Of a stretch of DNA of 64,000 nucleotides, positions 19,377-28,614 are shown piece by piece. Origin of the DNA: a virus; the IMG/VR virus record IMGVR_UViG_3300010371_000002, positions 29,961 through 93,960 of that record. One strand, 5' to 3'. A model generated the notes under the pieces. The model did not search any database, was not told where the DNA came from, and saw only the letters and a program-made list of their open reading frames with translations. How positions within the stretch are numbered: position 1 is the stretch's first letter; each line of letters opens with the position of its first letter. The translations under genes were made by a program, and so were the position numbers.

Positions 19377-20264
19377 TCAATAGGGATACTGGGCGGCGAC
19401 GTCTTGCATTCGGAGACGGCGGAGCGCGGGCGGCAGGTAGCCATGGAATCCGCAGACGATGGGCTTTCGGTCATGCGGATCGCAATGCCCGCAGTAGTTC
19501 CAGGGATACCGGAGCGTCACAAGCCCCGCTTGATAATCAGGCTCATCCAGTAATAGCCGCATCATGGCGTCCTGGTCATCGGGAGACCCTTCGTGTTCCA
19601 TGGCCCGCACGTGCTCGAAATAGCGCAGGCTGTCCGGTGTGACGCGCACATAGAAGCAGCCAGTCTGCCAGTGGAAGACATCGCCTGCCCAAGGGCAGAA
19701 CCCGATAATCCGCATCCCGAGCCACGCATGCGTCGGAAGTGCCGTTCTCAGATCCACCGAGAGATCCGCCACGAATGAGTCGGCGTCGATCCAGAAGATA
19801 TGCGTGTACCGACCGCTTCGCATGGCCTCCAGAATCAAGTCGATTCGGAACCATTTCGGGGAATGGTTCTCGCCGGGATCAGCCGCGAGGTATTCGTACC
19901 CCTGCCGGTCACAGTACTCGCGGTGCCGCGCTTCATGGTCCCGCACCATCCCCGCGAACTCACCGGACAGACCGCATGTCAAAAAGAGCGGTTTGGCATC
20001 CTGCGCGAAGCTTTCTCTCAGGGTGCCGCGCTCTGCCTGCTCATCCGGCAAACGATTTTGAGGCTTGGAATCGCCAATTCTTGCAACGGTAAAAGACGTG
20101 ATTCTCGTGTGCGGGTTATATACTTCGTCCAGAATGCGAGTTGGGCATCCGGCTCGCTCGTCAAGAATACGTGCGATCAAAGATGGTTCCTTAACGCCCA
20201 GCACCAAGATCTCTGCATCGCTCACTTCAATAAGTGTGATGGTGGAGTCATATTTATCGGTCAT
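19377..20264 (-). CDS. Glycosyltransferase, GT-A fold (GT34/GMA12-MNN10-like)
   Basis: HREYCDRQGYEY...W..IDLIL...IFWIDADS (DxD)...TGCF...DQDAM...WN...H; start 20264 overlaps upstream stop (ATGA). Confidence 0.8.
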   Translation of the reverse strand: MTDKYDSTITLIEVSDAEILVLGVKEPSLIARILDERAGCPTRILDEVYNPHTRITSFTVARIGDSKPQNRLPDEQAERGTLRESFAQDAKPLFLTCGLSGEFAGMVRDHEARHREYCDRQGYEYLAADPGENHSPKWFRIDLILEAMRSGRYTHIFWIDADSFVADLSVDLRTALPTHAWLGMRIIGFCPWAGDVFHWQTGCFYVRVTPDSLRYFEHVRAMEHEGSPDDQDAMMRLLLDEPDYQAGLVTLRYPWNYCGHCDPHDRKPIVCGFHGYLPPALRRLRMQDVAAQYPY

Positions 20265-21190
20265 GCCACGATCCTTGTCACGGACTGAATGAAGGCGCTC
20301 AAATCCTGCTCGTACATGACGAGTTCGATATTGGGAACCTCCAACCAGCGCCGGAAGTAGCTCACCGGCGAGGAAAGCGGCTTGTTGCCGAGCACGCACG
20401 CCGGGAGGCTCTGGACCGCGCAGTAATGCGACAGGCCGCTCGCCGTCGTGATGACGCCAGAACTTTGTTCCGAGAGAGCCATCACCGCCGTCATGCTAGG
20501 GGCGCTGTTCACCAGATCAATAATTCTCGGATGTCTGCCTTTTGGTTCCCAGCCCTGCCCGACAAGCACATACGTCCACGGCGTGTAATTTACGAGGAAC
20601 GACAGCGCTTGCTCCCAGTGCGGCCAGTGATCCTCGATGGGCGAGCTGTTGAGCGAAAGCGGATTGACCACAAAGAAGCGATTATCAATTTGCGATGAAA
20701 CCGATGTGGCCCAGTTCCACGCCGATTGAGGAAGGCGCGCTCCATTCCACCGGTGGACCGCACGCTGACGCATCCAGGGCTGCGAGGCTCCCATGGTGGT
20801 ATTCAGGACATGCCCCGTGACCCCTGCTCTTGCCCGCAGTTCCCTCGTGGGTTCCATGTCCTGATCGAGCGGCGTGTCGGCGATATACCGGCACACGCGC
20901 CAGTAATCCGCCCCGTCGCGAGGCTGCACATGAACGACTTCCCGAACCCCCGATTGAAGTCTCAGGAAACAAGGGATCATGGGATCTCGCGCCCAGCAGA
21001 GGATGCCGCCTTCGCCGATCATGGACCGGAACGCGCCGAAATCGATCAGGCAATCGCCCCAAGCCCCTACGCACGTACCCCAGCGCAAAGGAGGGGCCGC
21101 CGGTCGCCATCGGTGCGGCTTGTCACAGGGCAGCGCGATATTCCCGCCACGCCACGGGTCCGAAAAAGTGGTGTCCTCCATCAAAGACAC
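20261..21190 (-). CDS. Glycosyltransferase, GT-B fold (GT9/heptosyltransferase-like)
   Basis: GAWGD near N-terminus; HWPHW, VLVG, IIDLVN and VITTASGLSHYCA resemble the GT9 DSG.MH motif. Confidence 0.7.
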   Translation of the reverse strand: MSLMEDTTFSDPWRGGNIALPCDKPHRWRPAAPPLRWGTCVGAWGDCLIDFGAFRSMIGEGGILCWARDPMIPCFLRLQSGVREVVHVQPRDGADYWRVCRYIADTPLDQDMEPTRELRARAGVTGHVLNTTMGASQPWMRQRAVHRWNGARLPQSAWNWATSVSSQIDNRFFVVNPLSLNSSPIEDHWPHWEQALSFLVNYTPWTYVLVGQGWEPKGRHPRIIDLVNSAPSMTAVMALSEQSSGVITTASGLSHYCAVQSLPACVLGNKPLSSPVSYFRRWLEVPNIELVMYEQDLSAFIQSVTRIVA

Positions 21191-22308
21191 CTCTCAATCG
21201 GGACCGCGTACAGAACCGTCTCCCACCCCATATCCTCATAGCACCGGGCATAGAATCGGTAGTTCTCGCAGACACTTGCCAGAAAGGCTGGAATGGTCCA
21301 CAGGTCGGATGGGCGGTGATAGAGGCAGCAGGCGATGACGGGGCGGTCACGGCGGATTGTTTCGACTCCACCCCGAAGCGCTTCGAGCTCGGCACCTTCG
21401 ATGTCAAGCTTCCAGAGCGATGTGAGGTGGTATCGGCAAAGCTCATCAATCATCGCCGCCGGAACCTCAATACCCTGGTCGTCAATTCGTGCCGATACTC
21501 CCGATCCATTGATCCGCACGGACTTGACTGCCGGGTCACCGACGAGAGCGCACAAACGCCGTCGGCATTCCGGCAACAATTTCGACTGGATGGCGTTCAG
21601 CTTCTCGAAGTTTCCGGGGTTGGCCTCGATGGTGAAGACGCTAGCCTGGTACATGTCGTACCGCTTGCGGAACTCCAGCATGGTATCGCCGTCATAGGCT
21701 CCGCAGTCCAGAAAGCTCTCATCCTCGCGCGGTCGGTACAGCGTGAAGTCGAAGTAGATATCCTCTGGCAGCGAATACGATGGGCGCGGCTTGTACGTCG
21801 CCGTCCGGTCGCTGTAGGTTTTGAAGAAACCGTAGGCGTCCCGCACGACCTGCCGCGAAGCTTCATCGCTCCACGCATCAAGCCAGGTCTCGGGATGCGG
21901 CGGGACGTCGGCCCATGCGGGCAGCTTCAGCGCGTTGAAGTGCTGCCAGAGCGTCCACCAATGCACGATGCGGTCAGGAGAGACGCCAAGGTCGATAAGT
22001 TGCCGCCGCACATCTTCCGCGCCGAGGTGAACGAGGATGACGTAGGTGGTACAAGCGGGAACCCAGCCATCATGATGAGGCGCATGGATGACGTGCCCAT
22101 TGTAACCAACGGCTAAGTCGTGTTTCGCACCATCGTTATCCATGAAGGCGACGATAGGATATCCTGGGATACCGTCCGGGAAATGTTCCAATAGCTGGCG
22201 ACAGAGATTGCCGCAGCCTACGATTGCAAGGAAGCCGGACGGCGGGATAAGGCACTCCCATTCGGTTTGAGGTGTGGTGGCTTCACAAGGCGCTGTTACT
22301 GCTTGCAT
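21181..22308 (-). CDS. FkbM-family SAM-dependent methyltransferase
   Basis: FLDCGAYDGDT, IEANPGN, WKLDIEGAELEALRG, CLYHRPSDLW; N-terminal Rossmann-like IVGCG...FMDND domain. Confidence 0.9.
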   Translation of the reverse strand: MQAVTAPCEATTPQTEWECLIPPSGFLAIVGCGNLCRQLLEHFPDGIPGYPIVAFMDNDGAKHDLAVGYNGHVIHAPHHDGWVPACTTYVILVHLGAEDVRRQLIDLGVSPDRIVHWWTLWQHFNALKLPAWADVPPHPETWLDAWSDEASRQVVRDAYGFFKTYSDRTATYKPRPSYSLPEDIYFDFTLYRPREDESFLDCGAYDGDTMLEFRKRYDMYQASVFTIEANPGNFEKLNAIQSKLLPECRRRLCALVGDPAVKSVRINGSGVSARIDDQGIEVPAAMIDELCRYHLTSLWKLDIEGAELEALRGGVETIRRDRPVIACCLYHRPSDLWTIPAFLASVCENYRFYARCYEDMGWETVLYAVPIERCL

Positions 22309-22952
22309 GTTGCGGCCTCGCTTTTCTGATGGCGTTTCAGTTCCGCGAAGTCCGCAATAAGCCGTTCAGCGCAAAGGATCGCGGCGTCCCACACCGGCAT
22401 ATCACCGGTATCCGATTGATCCCTGAAACGATACGAGAAAACTTGCCTGCTACCATCCGGGTTGCAGAAGGAGGGCGACTGAAACTCCACCTGGACAAAG
22501 CCGCGCCCACACGTCTTCGTGCCGGAAAACTGTGCGATGACCGGATAAATACATTCGGCCAGATTCTTCTGGGTCCACTCCATCCCCTCCATATCGGCCT
22601 TCATGAACCGGTATGGCTTGGTTTCCCATCCGACTTCATTGGGACCGACGATAAGGACGGAAACGTAAATCGAATCGGGCGATTGATCCACGGGGCAACC
22701 GGCTGGGTCCACCTCACGTACGGTCGCTCGAAGCTCCTCCATATTGGCATAGACTGACAGGAGCGGGAATGTGGAATGCGACACCGTGACACAGAACGCC
22801 TGGCGCTGGAAATTGAACTCCATGCCGACGAATTCGGCACCGTCGGGAAGGAACTCTACCGTAACCGCCGCCTTGCCCTGAAGCGCGGTCAGTATCGTCC
22901 CCTGTGTCACGTAAAAGCACTTAATACGTCTTTCTTCGATTGCTGATGGCAT
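22296..22952 (-). CDS. Hypothetical protein
   Basis: First gene after structured leader; overlaps FkbM start. Confidence 0.6.
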   Translation of the reverse strand: MPSAIEERRIKCFYVTQGTILTALQGKAAVTVEFLPDGAEFVGMEFNFQRQAFCVTVSHSTFPLLSVYANMEELRATVREVDPAGCPVDQSPDSIYVSVLIVGPNEVGWETKPYRFMKADMEGMEWTQKNLAECIYPVIAQFSGTKTCGRGFVQVEFQSPSFCNPDGSRQVFSYRFRDQSDTGDMPVWDAAILCAERLIADFAELKRHQKSEAATCKQ

Positions 22953-22957
22953 CGTTC

Positions 22958-23071
22958 GCGCCCTCCCCAGAGCGCTCCCACTGGTGTTGCCCCTTTACGT
23001 CCAGACAACACAAAGACCCTGAGCATGAGACGGTGGGTATCGTCTCACGGCCGTCGCCGCTGCCCAGGGCC
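22958..23071 (-). ncRNA. Candidate structured cis-regulatory leader (three-way junction, pseudoknot, SD-sequestering hairpin)
   Basis: Five stems whose G-U pairs only form on the minus strand; see findings. Confidence 0.45.
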
Positions 23072-23096
23072 AACTGATTCAAAACCGCCCGAGGAA

Positions 23097-23444
23097 TTAC
23101 CCTACGGAGATCCAGGCATCCACGGTGCCGTTCGTGCCACCTGAAAGCGATGTGCAATTTGCACGCACCTGCGAGACTGGCTTATCGACCACAAAGACGA
23201 TGTCGCCGCTGGCTTGAGGGGTCAGCGTCCATGTCCCGAGCGTAAACCATTTCGTACCGCCGTCACAGGAGCCTTCCAGTGTCACAACAGCTGTGGTGGG
23301 CGGCGTTCCAACCGGCCCAAGCTCCACCTGAAGCCCGAAGGACACGCAGGTTGTGGAAACGCTCGCCGCCAGTCCCGCCCCGGTCGCAGCCCCGGCAATG
23401 ATGGAATGGAAGCTCTGGCGAAACGGGAATGTGACGCTACTCAT
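23097..23444 (-). CDS. Small beta-sandwich protein, possibly virion-associated
   Basis: VVTLEGSCDGGTKWFTL...VRAN motif common in small phage structural proteins. Confidence 0.6.
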   Translation of the reverse strand: MSSVTFPFRQSFHSIIAGAATGAGLAASVSTTCVSFGLQVELGPVGTPPTTAVVTLEGSCDGGTKWFTLGTWTLTPQASGDIVFVVDKPVSQVRANCTSLSGGTNGTVDAWISVG

Positions 23445-23476
23445 GGGATAGCCTCAGATCGCAAAGAGGAGGAGGT

Positions 23477-23618
23477 TGGTCAGGATGGGATTCGAACCCA
23501 TGGCGGTCTGCGTATCGAGTCTTCGGCCTCACACAGCCCGTCTAGCCGATCAAGCGCGGCTATTCACCGCATATCAACGATAGACCTGAGCAGCGCATAG
23601 CGCCTCCGTCACCTGACC
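23477..23618 (-). ncRNA. tRNA-like RNA (~142 nt) with expanded D, anticodon and variable arms
   Basis: Acceptor GGTCAGG/CCTGACC + A73; T-arm ATGGG-TTCGAAT-CCCAT; U8, A14, G15-C48 retained; no canonical anticodon loop. Confidence 0.75.
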
Positions 23619-23624
23619 ACTCTC

Positions 23625-23630
23625 ATTGTA
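23625..23630 (-). promoter_or_regulatory. -10 element for the tRNA-like RNA
   Basis: TACAAT plus 6 nt puts +1 at the first G of the acceptor stem (23618). Confidence 0.55.
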
Positions 23631-23641
23631 CCTGCGGACTG

Positions 23642-24136
23642 TTATGCCGCCATGGGGGCGAGAGCACCCCAGGAGGGCTGCCAGCCTTCGGGGCAGACAA
23701 AGGTCTGGTTCGTGTTCGGATCGAGCCAGTGGTTGCGCCGCTTGTGCGGATCGCGGACAAGGCGGCTAGGGCTGACGCCCGCCGGAAGCGAGAACCCGGG
23801 GTTCTCCTTTGTGCCCTGGTACGCTTGAGCCTGCGTGCCGCCCTCGCGGATCACGTTCACGAGGCGCAGGTTCGCGACCGGAACGCCCTCCGAGAGCGCA
23901 TATTCGACGGCGAAGCGATCCACCCCGTCATTCACGGCAGTGGAGGATGAAGCAACGGCACCCCCGCCAGCCAGCGCCTTCTCAACGAGCGCTTCGAGGC
24001 GCGTGAGTTTGGCGGCCATCGCGTCGTTCTGCTCGGTGAGCCTCTCGTTTTCGGCCAAGAGGGCGTCATAGTCACGGTCTTCGGCTTGCGTGGTATCGAG
24101 TTCCGACTGTGCGGAAGTTGCAGATTTCGGTGGCAT
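23642..24136 (-). CDS. Hypothetical protein with N-terminal coiled coil
   Basis: ORF downstream of portal with SD-like GAAGGGG upstream. Confidence 0.65.
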   Translation of the reverse strand: MPPKSATSAQSELDTTQAEDRDYDALLAENERLTEQNDAMAAKLTRLEALVEKALAGGGAVASSSTAVNDGVDRFAVEYALSEGVPVANLRLVNVIREGGTQAQAYQGTKENPGFSLPAGVSPSRLVRDPHKRRNHWLDPNTNQTFVCPEGWQPSWGALAPMAA

Positions 24137-24222
24137 GGAGAATTCCCCTTCAGGATGGTTTGAGGCTGGAAAAATGCGCCAGCCACGCGAATGATCGTGA
24201 ATAGCATCGCGTCAAATTAATG

Positions 24223-25725
24223 CTATTTGGAATCGTTGTTACCGGGTGCGCCGTCGGTCGTTTGGGTTGGGTTGTCGCCGGTGGCGTCGCCGTCACCGGA
24301 TGCAGGCTTGCTCGTGACGTTCTGCGGCTTCTGACCGGCGATCTGCTGGGTCTTCTTCACGAGGTCCGCATACTGCTGCGCCTGGTCGAGCATCTCCTGC
24401 TCTTCCGGGCTGATGGGCGGCAGGTCCATCTCATCGCGGATCAGCTTCGCCGTCGGGGCGACGTTCCCGATCTGGACCAGTTCCCCGAACGCTTGGGCGA
24501 GCGCGAGCAGGTTCTTGCGGGCCTTCCCGAGCGACACCATGGGGCAGAGATCAAGGGCGTCGTCACCATAGTTGTAGCGGATGAGTCGCCGCACGAGCTG
24601 ATTGCTCAGCACACCCTCGACCATCTTGCGTGTGAAGTCGAAGCCGAACTGCTGCGTATTCTCGTGGACCTTCCCGAGGGCGTTGGTGTTCGTCCCGCCG
24701 GTCGTGCCCGTTGTGAGAGTGTTGCCAAGCACGGCGGTTGCGATCTGCTGCACGTGCCAGTCAGCCGCCATCTTGAACCCCTCCAGCGCCTTTGCATCGA
24801 GTGAGACGACCTCGTATTCACAGTTTTCCGGGAGAAGTAATGAAGATCCGCTGCGCACCGAGTCGATGGCGGCTGACGCGGCAGCTAGCGCGACGGTATC
24901 GCCGAGAGGGTATTTGACCACCAGGAATGGGCTTCCAAAGCGTTCACAGCCGATGGTCCAGAACTTCAGGATGCCGTCGAGTATCCACCAGTGCTTGTAG
25001 CACGAGCGGCCGTCCCCATCCCCGTAGGGCAATCCGCGCTTCGGGTTGTGGGTGTAGATCAGCACCTTCTCGACGGGCAGCGGCTTCTGGTAGCCTTCGA
25101 GGGGCGAATAGGCATCCACGTTGATCGGGGCCATGGTCCGCAGATCCAGATCCCAGCCGATCTCCTGCGCGGGCTTGGAGGCGATGTACTCCAGCCCCGT
25201 CTTGCCGCTGTACTTGCCGCCCTTGAAGCGCTTCCAGGTCATCTCAGAGACGTGGCAGCCGTCCCAGCATCCCCGCAGCAGCTCGAACAGCACCGCGAGG
25301 AAGTCCTGCGGGAAGTCCGTCTGGTCGTTGCGGATATTCTTCAGCACATATTTCGTGAACTGCGCGAGTTCGTCCGCTTTACCGAAATCGGGGTCTTCAG
25401 GTTCCCGGATGGCGCTCACGATGTCCCAGCCGTCGGAGAGGATCGCGTAGCGCTTGATGTCGAACGGGGCGCGGCACGCCGCCATCGTCAACATCTCATC
25501 GAACTTATCGAAACCAACCTGGTTGATGAGCTGGTCCAGGTTGAACTGCGCGAACCGGAACGAGGCGGCGTAGATGCTGTCATAGCCCGCCATCAGCGAT
25601 TTGAAGCGGTCCCGCGTCTCCAGGACGACGGGCATCTGGTCCCGCACGTAAGCGGATGCCGTCAAGGCGTCGATCGGCTTACTGACTGGCTGGAGTGACC
25701 TAGCGACGGGTTTTGACTTGATCAT
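24223..25725 (-). CDS. Portal protein (Mu gp29/DUF935-like)
   Basis: PYGDG..RSCY..W, CERFGSP..V.KY, IATAVLGNTLT, ALGKVHE motifs; follows terminase. Confidence 0.9.
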   Translation of the reverse strand: MIKSKPVARSLQPVSKPIDALTASAYVRDQMPVVLETRDRFKSLMAGYDSIYAASFRFAQFNLDQLINQVGFDKFDEMLTMAACRAPFDIKRYAILSDGWDIVSAIREPEDPDFGKADELAQFTKYVLKNIRNDQTDFPQDFLAVLFELLRGCWDGCHVSEMTWKRFKGGKYSGKTGLEYIASKPAQEIGWDLDLRTMAPINVDAYSPLEGYQKPLPVEKVLIYTHNPKRGLPYGDGDGRSCYKHWWILDGILKFWTIGCERFGSPFLVVKYPLGDTVALAAASAAIDSVRSGSSLLLPENCEYEVVSLDAKALEGFKMAADWHVQQIATAVLGNTLTTGTTGGTNTNALGKVHENTQQFGFDFTRKMVEGVLSNQLVRRLIRYNYGDDALDLCPMVSLGKARKNLLALAQAFGELVQIGNVAPTAKLIRDEMDLPPISPEEQEMLDQAQQYADLVKKTQQIAGQKPQNVTSKPASGDGDATGDNPTQTTDGAPGNNDSK

Positions 25726-25728
25726 ACG

Positions 25729-27486
25729 TCACCAGACCTTCGAGGTTCCGTAAGGAGAGCGGGGAAGCTGCGCGGTAACACGCTGAGCCTCTTGCAATGC
25801 TTCGCGGGTGTTGCCGCCCTCCTTGACAAGCAGCCGGCGCAGAGCCTGTGTGGCCGTGTCCACCTGATCGTCATACGCGCCAGCCGGGAATGCGGACGAT
25901 TCACCGATGAAGCCATGCACCCATGGGAAGATGTCAGGGTGCGGCAGGTACGTATTGCCTGACTCAATGACGGGCGTCACGGCATGAGCCCTGGCAATCT
26001 TGTCCCCGTCGGGTTCAACGGGCGTCAGCCCTGGGATGCGGCTTTTCAGCGACGCGATAATGGCCGGACCATTCGCCTTGTCCTCAACGAGCTTGGATGT
26101 TGCCTGCGGCCATTTTGCGGACAGTGCAAGGAGTGCGGCTTCAGTTGCCGTAAAATCCAGCTTGTCATGGACCTGATCAAGCAGAAAGGCGTCAGCCGCG
26201 AGCCGCGCCCAGACCTGCCCACACACATAGTCGCTTGTGACAGCGCCCTTGAACGCCATATCCCATGACTGAATGGTCTCATCAAACCAGGGCGGCAGTT
26301 CGATGACCGGGCAATAGACGATATCGCCGTTGTCGAGGCGCAGGGGGTACGGTTCCGTGCGGAAACCCTTGGGCACCCAGAAACGCCACCAGCGCGCCTT
26401 GAGGATCGTTCCTTCGGCCGGCGCCGGACGCTGCTGCATCTGCCCCGCATACCCCGCCGTCCCAAGCCGCAGCCGCTCCGATTCCAACACCGACTTCGGA
26501 AACCGATCCGGCATAAGCAATTCGCCCGGAGTGGTACGTGGATCTCGGAACCCTAACGGGGATCTTCCTTCTTGGCAACTGGGGCATTTACAGCTCGTGG
26601 AGATCTCGTACTCCATGGGAAGAACCATGTGGTAGAGGTCGGGGAGCTTGGGCAGAACGTGGCCGGTCCAGTCGCGCTCATGCAAGCGCTGCATGATGCC
26701 GATGCGCAGGGACGACATCATATCGTTGACGCGGTTGCCAGCCTTCAGATCCCACCAGTCGTTCACGGACTGCCGCAGGGCGTCCGAGAGCACTTCCTTA
26801 GCGTCGTTGGGGTCATCGACAAAGAAGGCATCAGCCCGATCTCCGGTGAGTTTTCCCCCACACGTCGCCGCGAGCCGGAAACCCCCTGCGGTGTTCTTGT
26901 AGAAACCCTTCGCATTCTGGTCGGCAGCCATCGACCACTTGGGTTCGAACCAGGATTGATACCAACTCGACTCGATCAACTCCCGACAATACATCGAGTC
27001 CCGAAGAACGAGGTTTTCCGAACCGGACGTGAAGATGGCTCGCCAGGAAGGCCAATGCAACCACATCCACGCCGTTGTGTAGACGCTGACGATGCGTGAC
27101 TTCGCCGTACCGGGCGGGATATTGACCACGAAACTCTTGAACCGCTGCTCGGGTTCGGGCAAGCCCTTCATGCGGGCACGCTGCACGGCCATCCAGTCTT
27201 CGAGCATCGCCTGCACGTGGTCGCAGATCGCGTCCATGTGCCAGTTCCACACCAGCGGCGTGGTCGGCTCCAGGACATGCCACCCTTCACGGAAGAACGT
27301 AGCGAGGGAGGCACGGGCAGCAATGGCAAGCTTTCGCTCTTCTGCCGTCAGGGAAGCGCGTTGCAGTTTTGCGGCGAGCTTCTTTTTGTCTTCCTCGCTG
27401 ACTTTGGCGAAACGAAATGAGGGGGTATCAATCCGTGGAAGCCGGATCGGCGTCGATAGAATCATGGCTCTTGCCTGCCGCCGCAT
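25729..27486 (-). CDS. terL: Terminase large subunit
   Basis: VNIPPGTAKS Walker A; TGDRAD.FFVDDP Walker B; IMQRLHERD; QSWDMAFK, VEDKANG and DDQVD nuclease motifs. Confidence 0.95.
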   Translation of the reverse strand: MRRQARAMILSTPIRLPRIDTPSFRFAKVSEEDKKKLAAKLQRASLTAEERKLAIAARASLATFFREGWHVLEPTTPLVWNWHMDAICDHVQAMLEDWMAVQRARMKGLPEPEQRFKSFVVNIPPGTAKSRIVSVYTTAWMWLHWPSWRAIFTSGSENLVLRDSMYCRELIESSWYQSWFEPKWSMAADQNAKGFYKNTAGGFRLAATCGGKLTGDRADAFFVDDPNDAKEVLSDALRQSVNDWWDLKAGNRVNDMMSSLRIGIMQRLHERDWTGHVLPKLPDLYHMVLPMEYEISTSCKCPSCQEGRSPLGFRDPRTTPGELLMPDRFPKSVLESERLRLGTAGYAGQMQQRPAPAEGTILKARWWRFWVPKGFRTEPYPLRLDNGDIVYCPVIELPPWFDETIQSWDMAFKGAVTSDYVCGQVWARLAADAFLLDQVHDKLDFTATEAALLALSAKWPQATSKLVEDKANGPAIIASLKSRIPGLTPVEPDGDKIARAHAVTPVIESGNTYLPHPDIFPWVHGFIGESSAFPAGAYDDQVDTATQALRRLLVKEGGNTREALQEAQRVTAQLPRSPYGTSKVW

Positions 27487-27850
27487 CCGCCGAGGAAAGC
27501 GCCTCGATCAGCCGGATGCTCTTATCCGACATCACGCCGTAGAGCACCGCAAGCTGCTGGGGCGGGAACCCCTTGAGGTACTCGGGATCGCTCGCGACTT
27601 CGGCCTGAACCGCGAGCGCGTCAAGGCTGGCATGGAGGTACCGGACGATTTTGCCCTCCGTGATCCCCCCATCCTTTTTATCGCGAACTTCCGCGAACTT
27701 ACCTTCGCGCTTGGCCCGGTCCCGGATGCTGCGCACCGTGGACTCGCTCAGGTTGTACGCCTTGGCGGTTTCCGAGACGCCCTGCCCGGCGAGGAGTGCC
27801 CCCAGGACTGCCCCCTCGTCTTCTCCATTCGTCGCTTTCCCCCGCGCCAT
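27428..27850 (-). CDS. Terminase small subunit (HTH)
   Basis: N-terminal HTH (GVSETAKAYNLSESTVRSI); directly upstream of terL. Confidence 0.75.
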   Translation of the reverse strand: MARGKATNGEDEGAVLGALLAGQGVSETAKAYNLSESTVRSIRDRAKREGKFAEVRDKKDGGITEGKIVRYLHASLDALAVQAEVASDPEYLKGFPPQQLAVLYGVMSDKSIRLIEALSSADAAAGKSHDSIDADPASTD

Positions 27851-27873
27851 ACCGTTACACTCTCATGACCGTT

Positions 27874-28527
27874 TTATGCTCTCAAACAGGTGCCGCACGC
27901 CCGGGCGATATTGGCCTGTGCGATCGTCGGCTCCGTGTTCGCGAACTTCGCGAGCTCCGCGCTCTTGCCAGCGGATTTCCCCGCGCCATACCGCTCCCAC
28001 TCGAACACGAACACTTCGACGTCATGCCCGCGCATGGCGAACTGGGGAAGCCCCGTGGTCTTGCTGAACTTCGGCACATTGTCCTCATCGACCGCCTGTC
28101 CGGCGTGCGCCATTTCATGCTCGGCCGCACAGCAGAACGTGCCGTCGTCAGCCCTGGCGAAATATGGCGCGTAGAGCGTGATAAGGAAGTCCAGGTTCTT
28201 GGGACCGAAGAACTGCGTGAGCTGATAGTCCACCCGGGCCTTGAGCCATTTGTTGCCGTTGCAGCGCGGTTGCTCGCACATGCCGACAATCGTGATCCCG
28301 CTCTTTGTGTGCGGGACAGAACTCCATAGCCATCCGACCTGGGCAAACCGAAGGTGCTTGTGAATTGGGTTATGGATCGCGCCGTCCTGAGCGATGATAT
28401 GCTCAAGCGCCCACTCACCGATTTCCATGGCAGGAACGAACAGATCGCCACCATTCGGGCGGGATAGTGCCTTGGGCGGGAAGGGACGACTTCGCACAGC
28501 CTCGCGCTTTTGCTTCTCAGTTGGCAT
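27874..28527 (-). CDS. Putative phage metallopeptidase
   Basis: HEMAH zincin motif followed by RGHDVEVF. Confidence 0.8.
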   Translation of the reverse strand: MPTEKQKREAVRSRPFPPKALSRPNGGDLFVPAMEIGEWALEHIIAQDGAIHNPIHKHLRFAQVGWLWSSVPHTKSGITIVGMCEQPRCNGNKWLKARVDYQLTQFFGPKNLDFLITLYAPYFARADDGTFCCAAEHEMAHAGQAVDEDNVPKFSKTTGLPQFAMRGHDVEVFVFEWERYGAGKSAGKSAELAKFANTEPTIAQANIARACGTCLRA

Positions 28528-28614
28528 CGCGGTGTCTACTACTTATCCAGCATACGCGGGGTGTTTTGCCGTGTTTTCGAGCATTTTCCGTTCAAGAATA
28601 GTAGACAACCACCT

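Noticed and set aside
19377-20399. ORF-track start of the GT34-like gene at 20399
   Set aside because: It would overlap the upstream gene by 139 nt; ATG 20264 gives a typical ATGA coupling.
23477-23618. Canonical tRNA, tRNA-Sec or tmRNA call
   Set aside because: No 7-nt anticodon loop with U33 at the proper position, no UCA anticodon, no G3-U70 alanine identity or tag ORF; length atypical.
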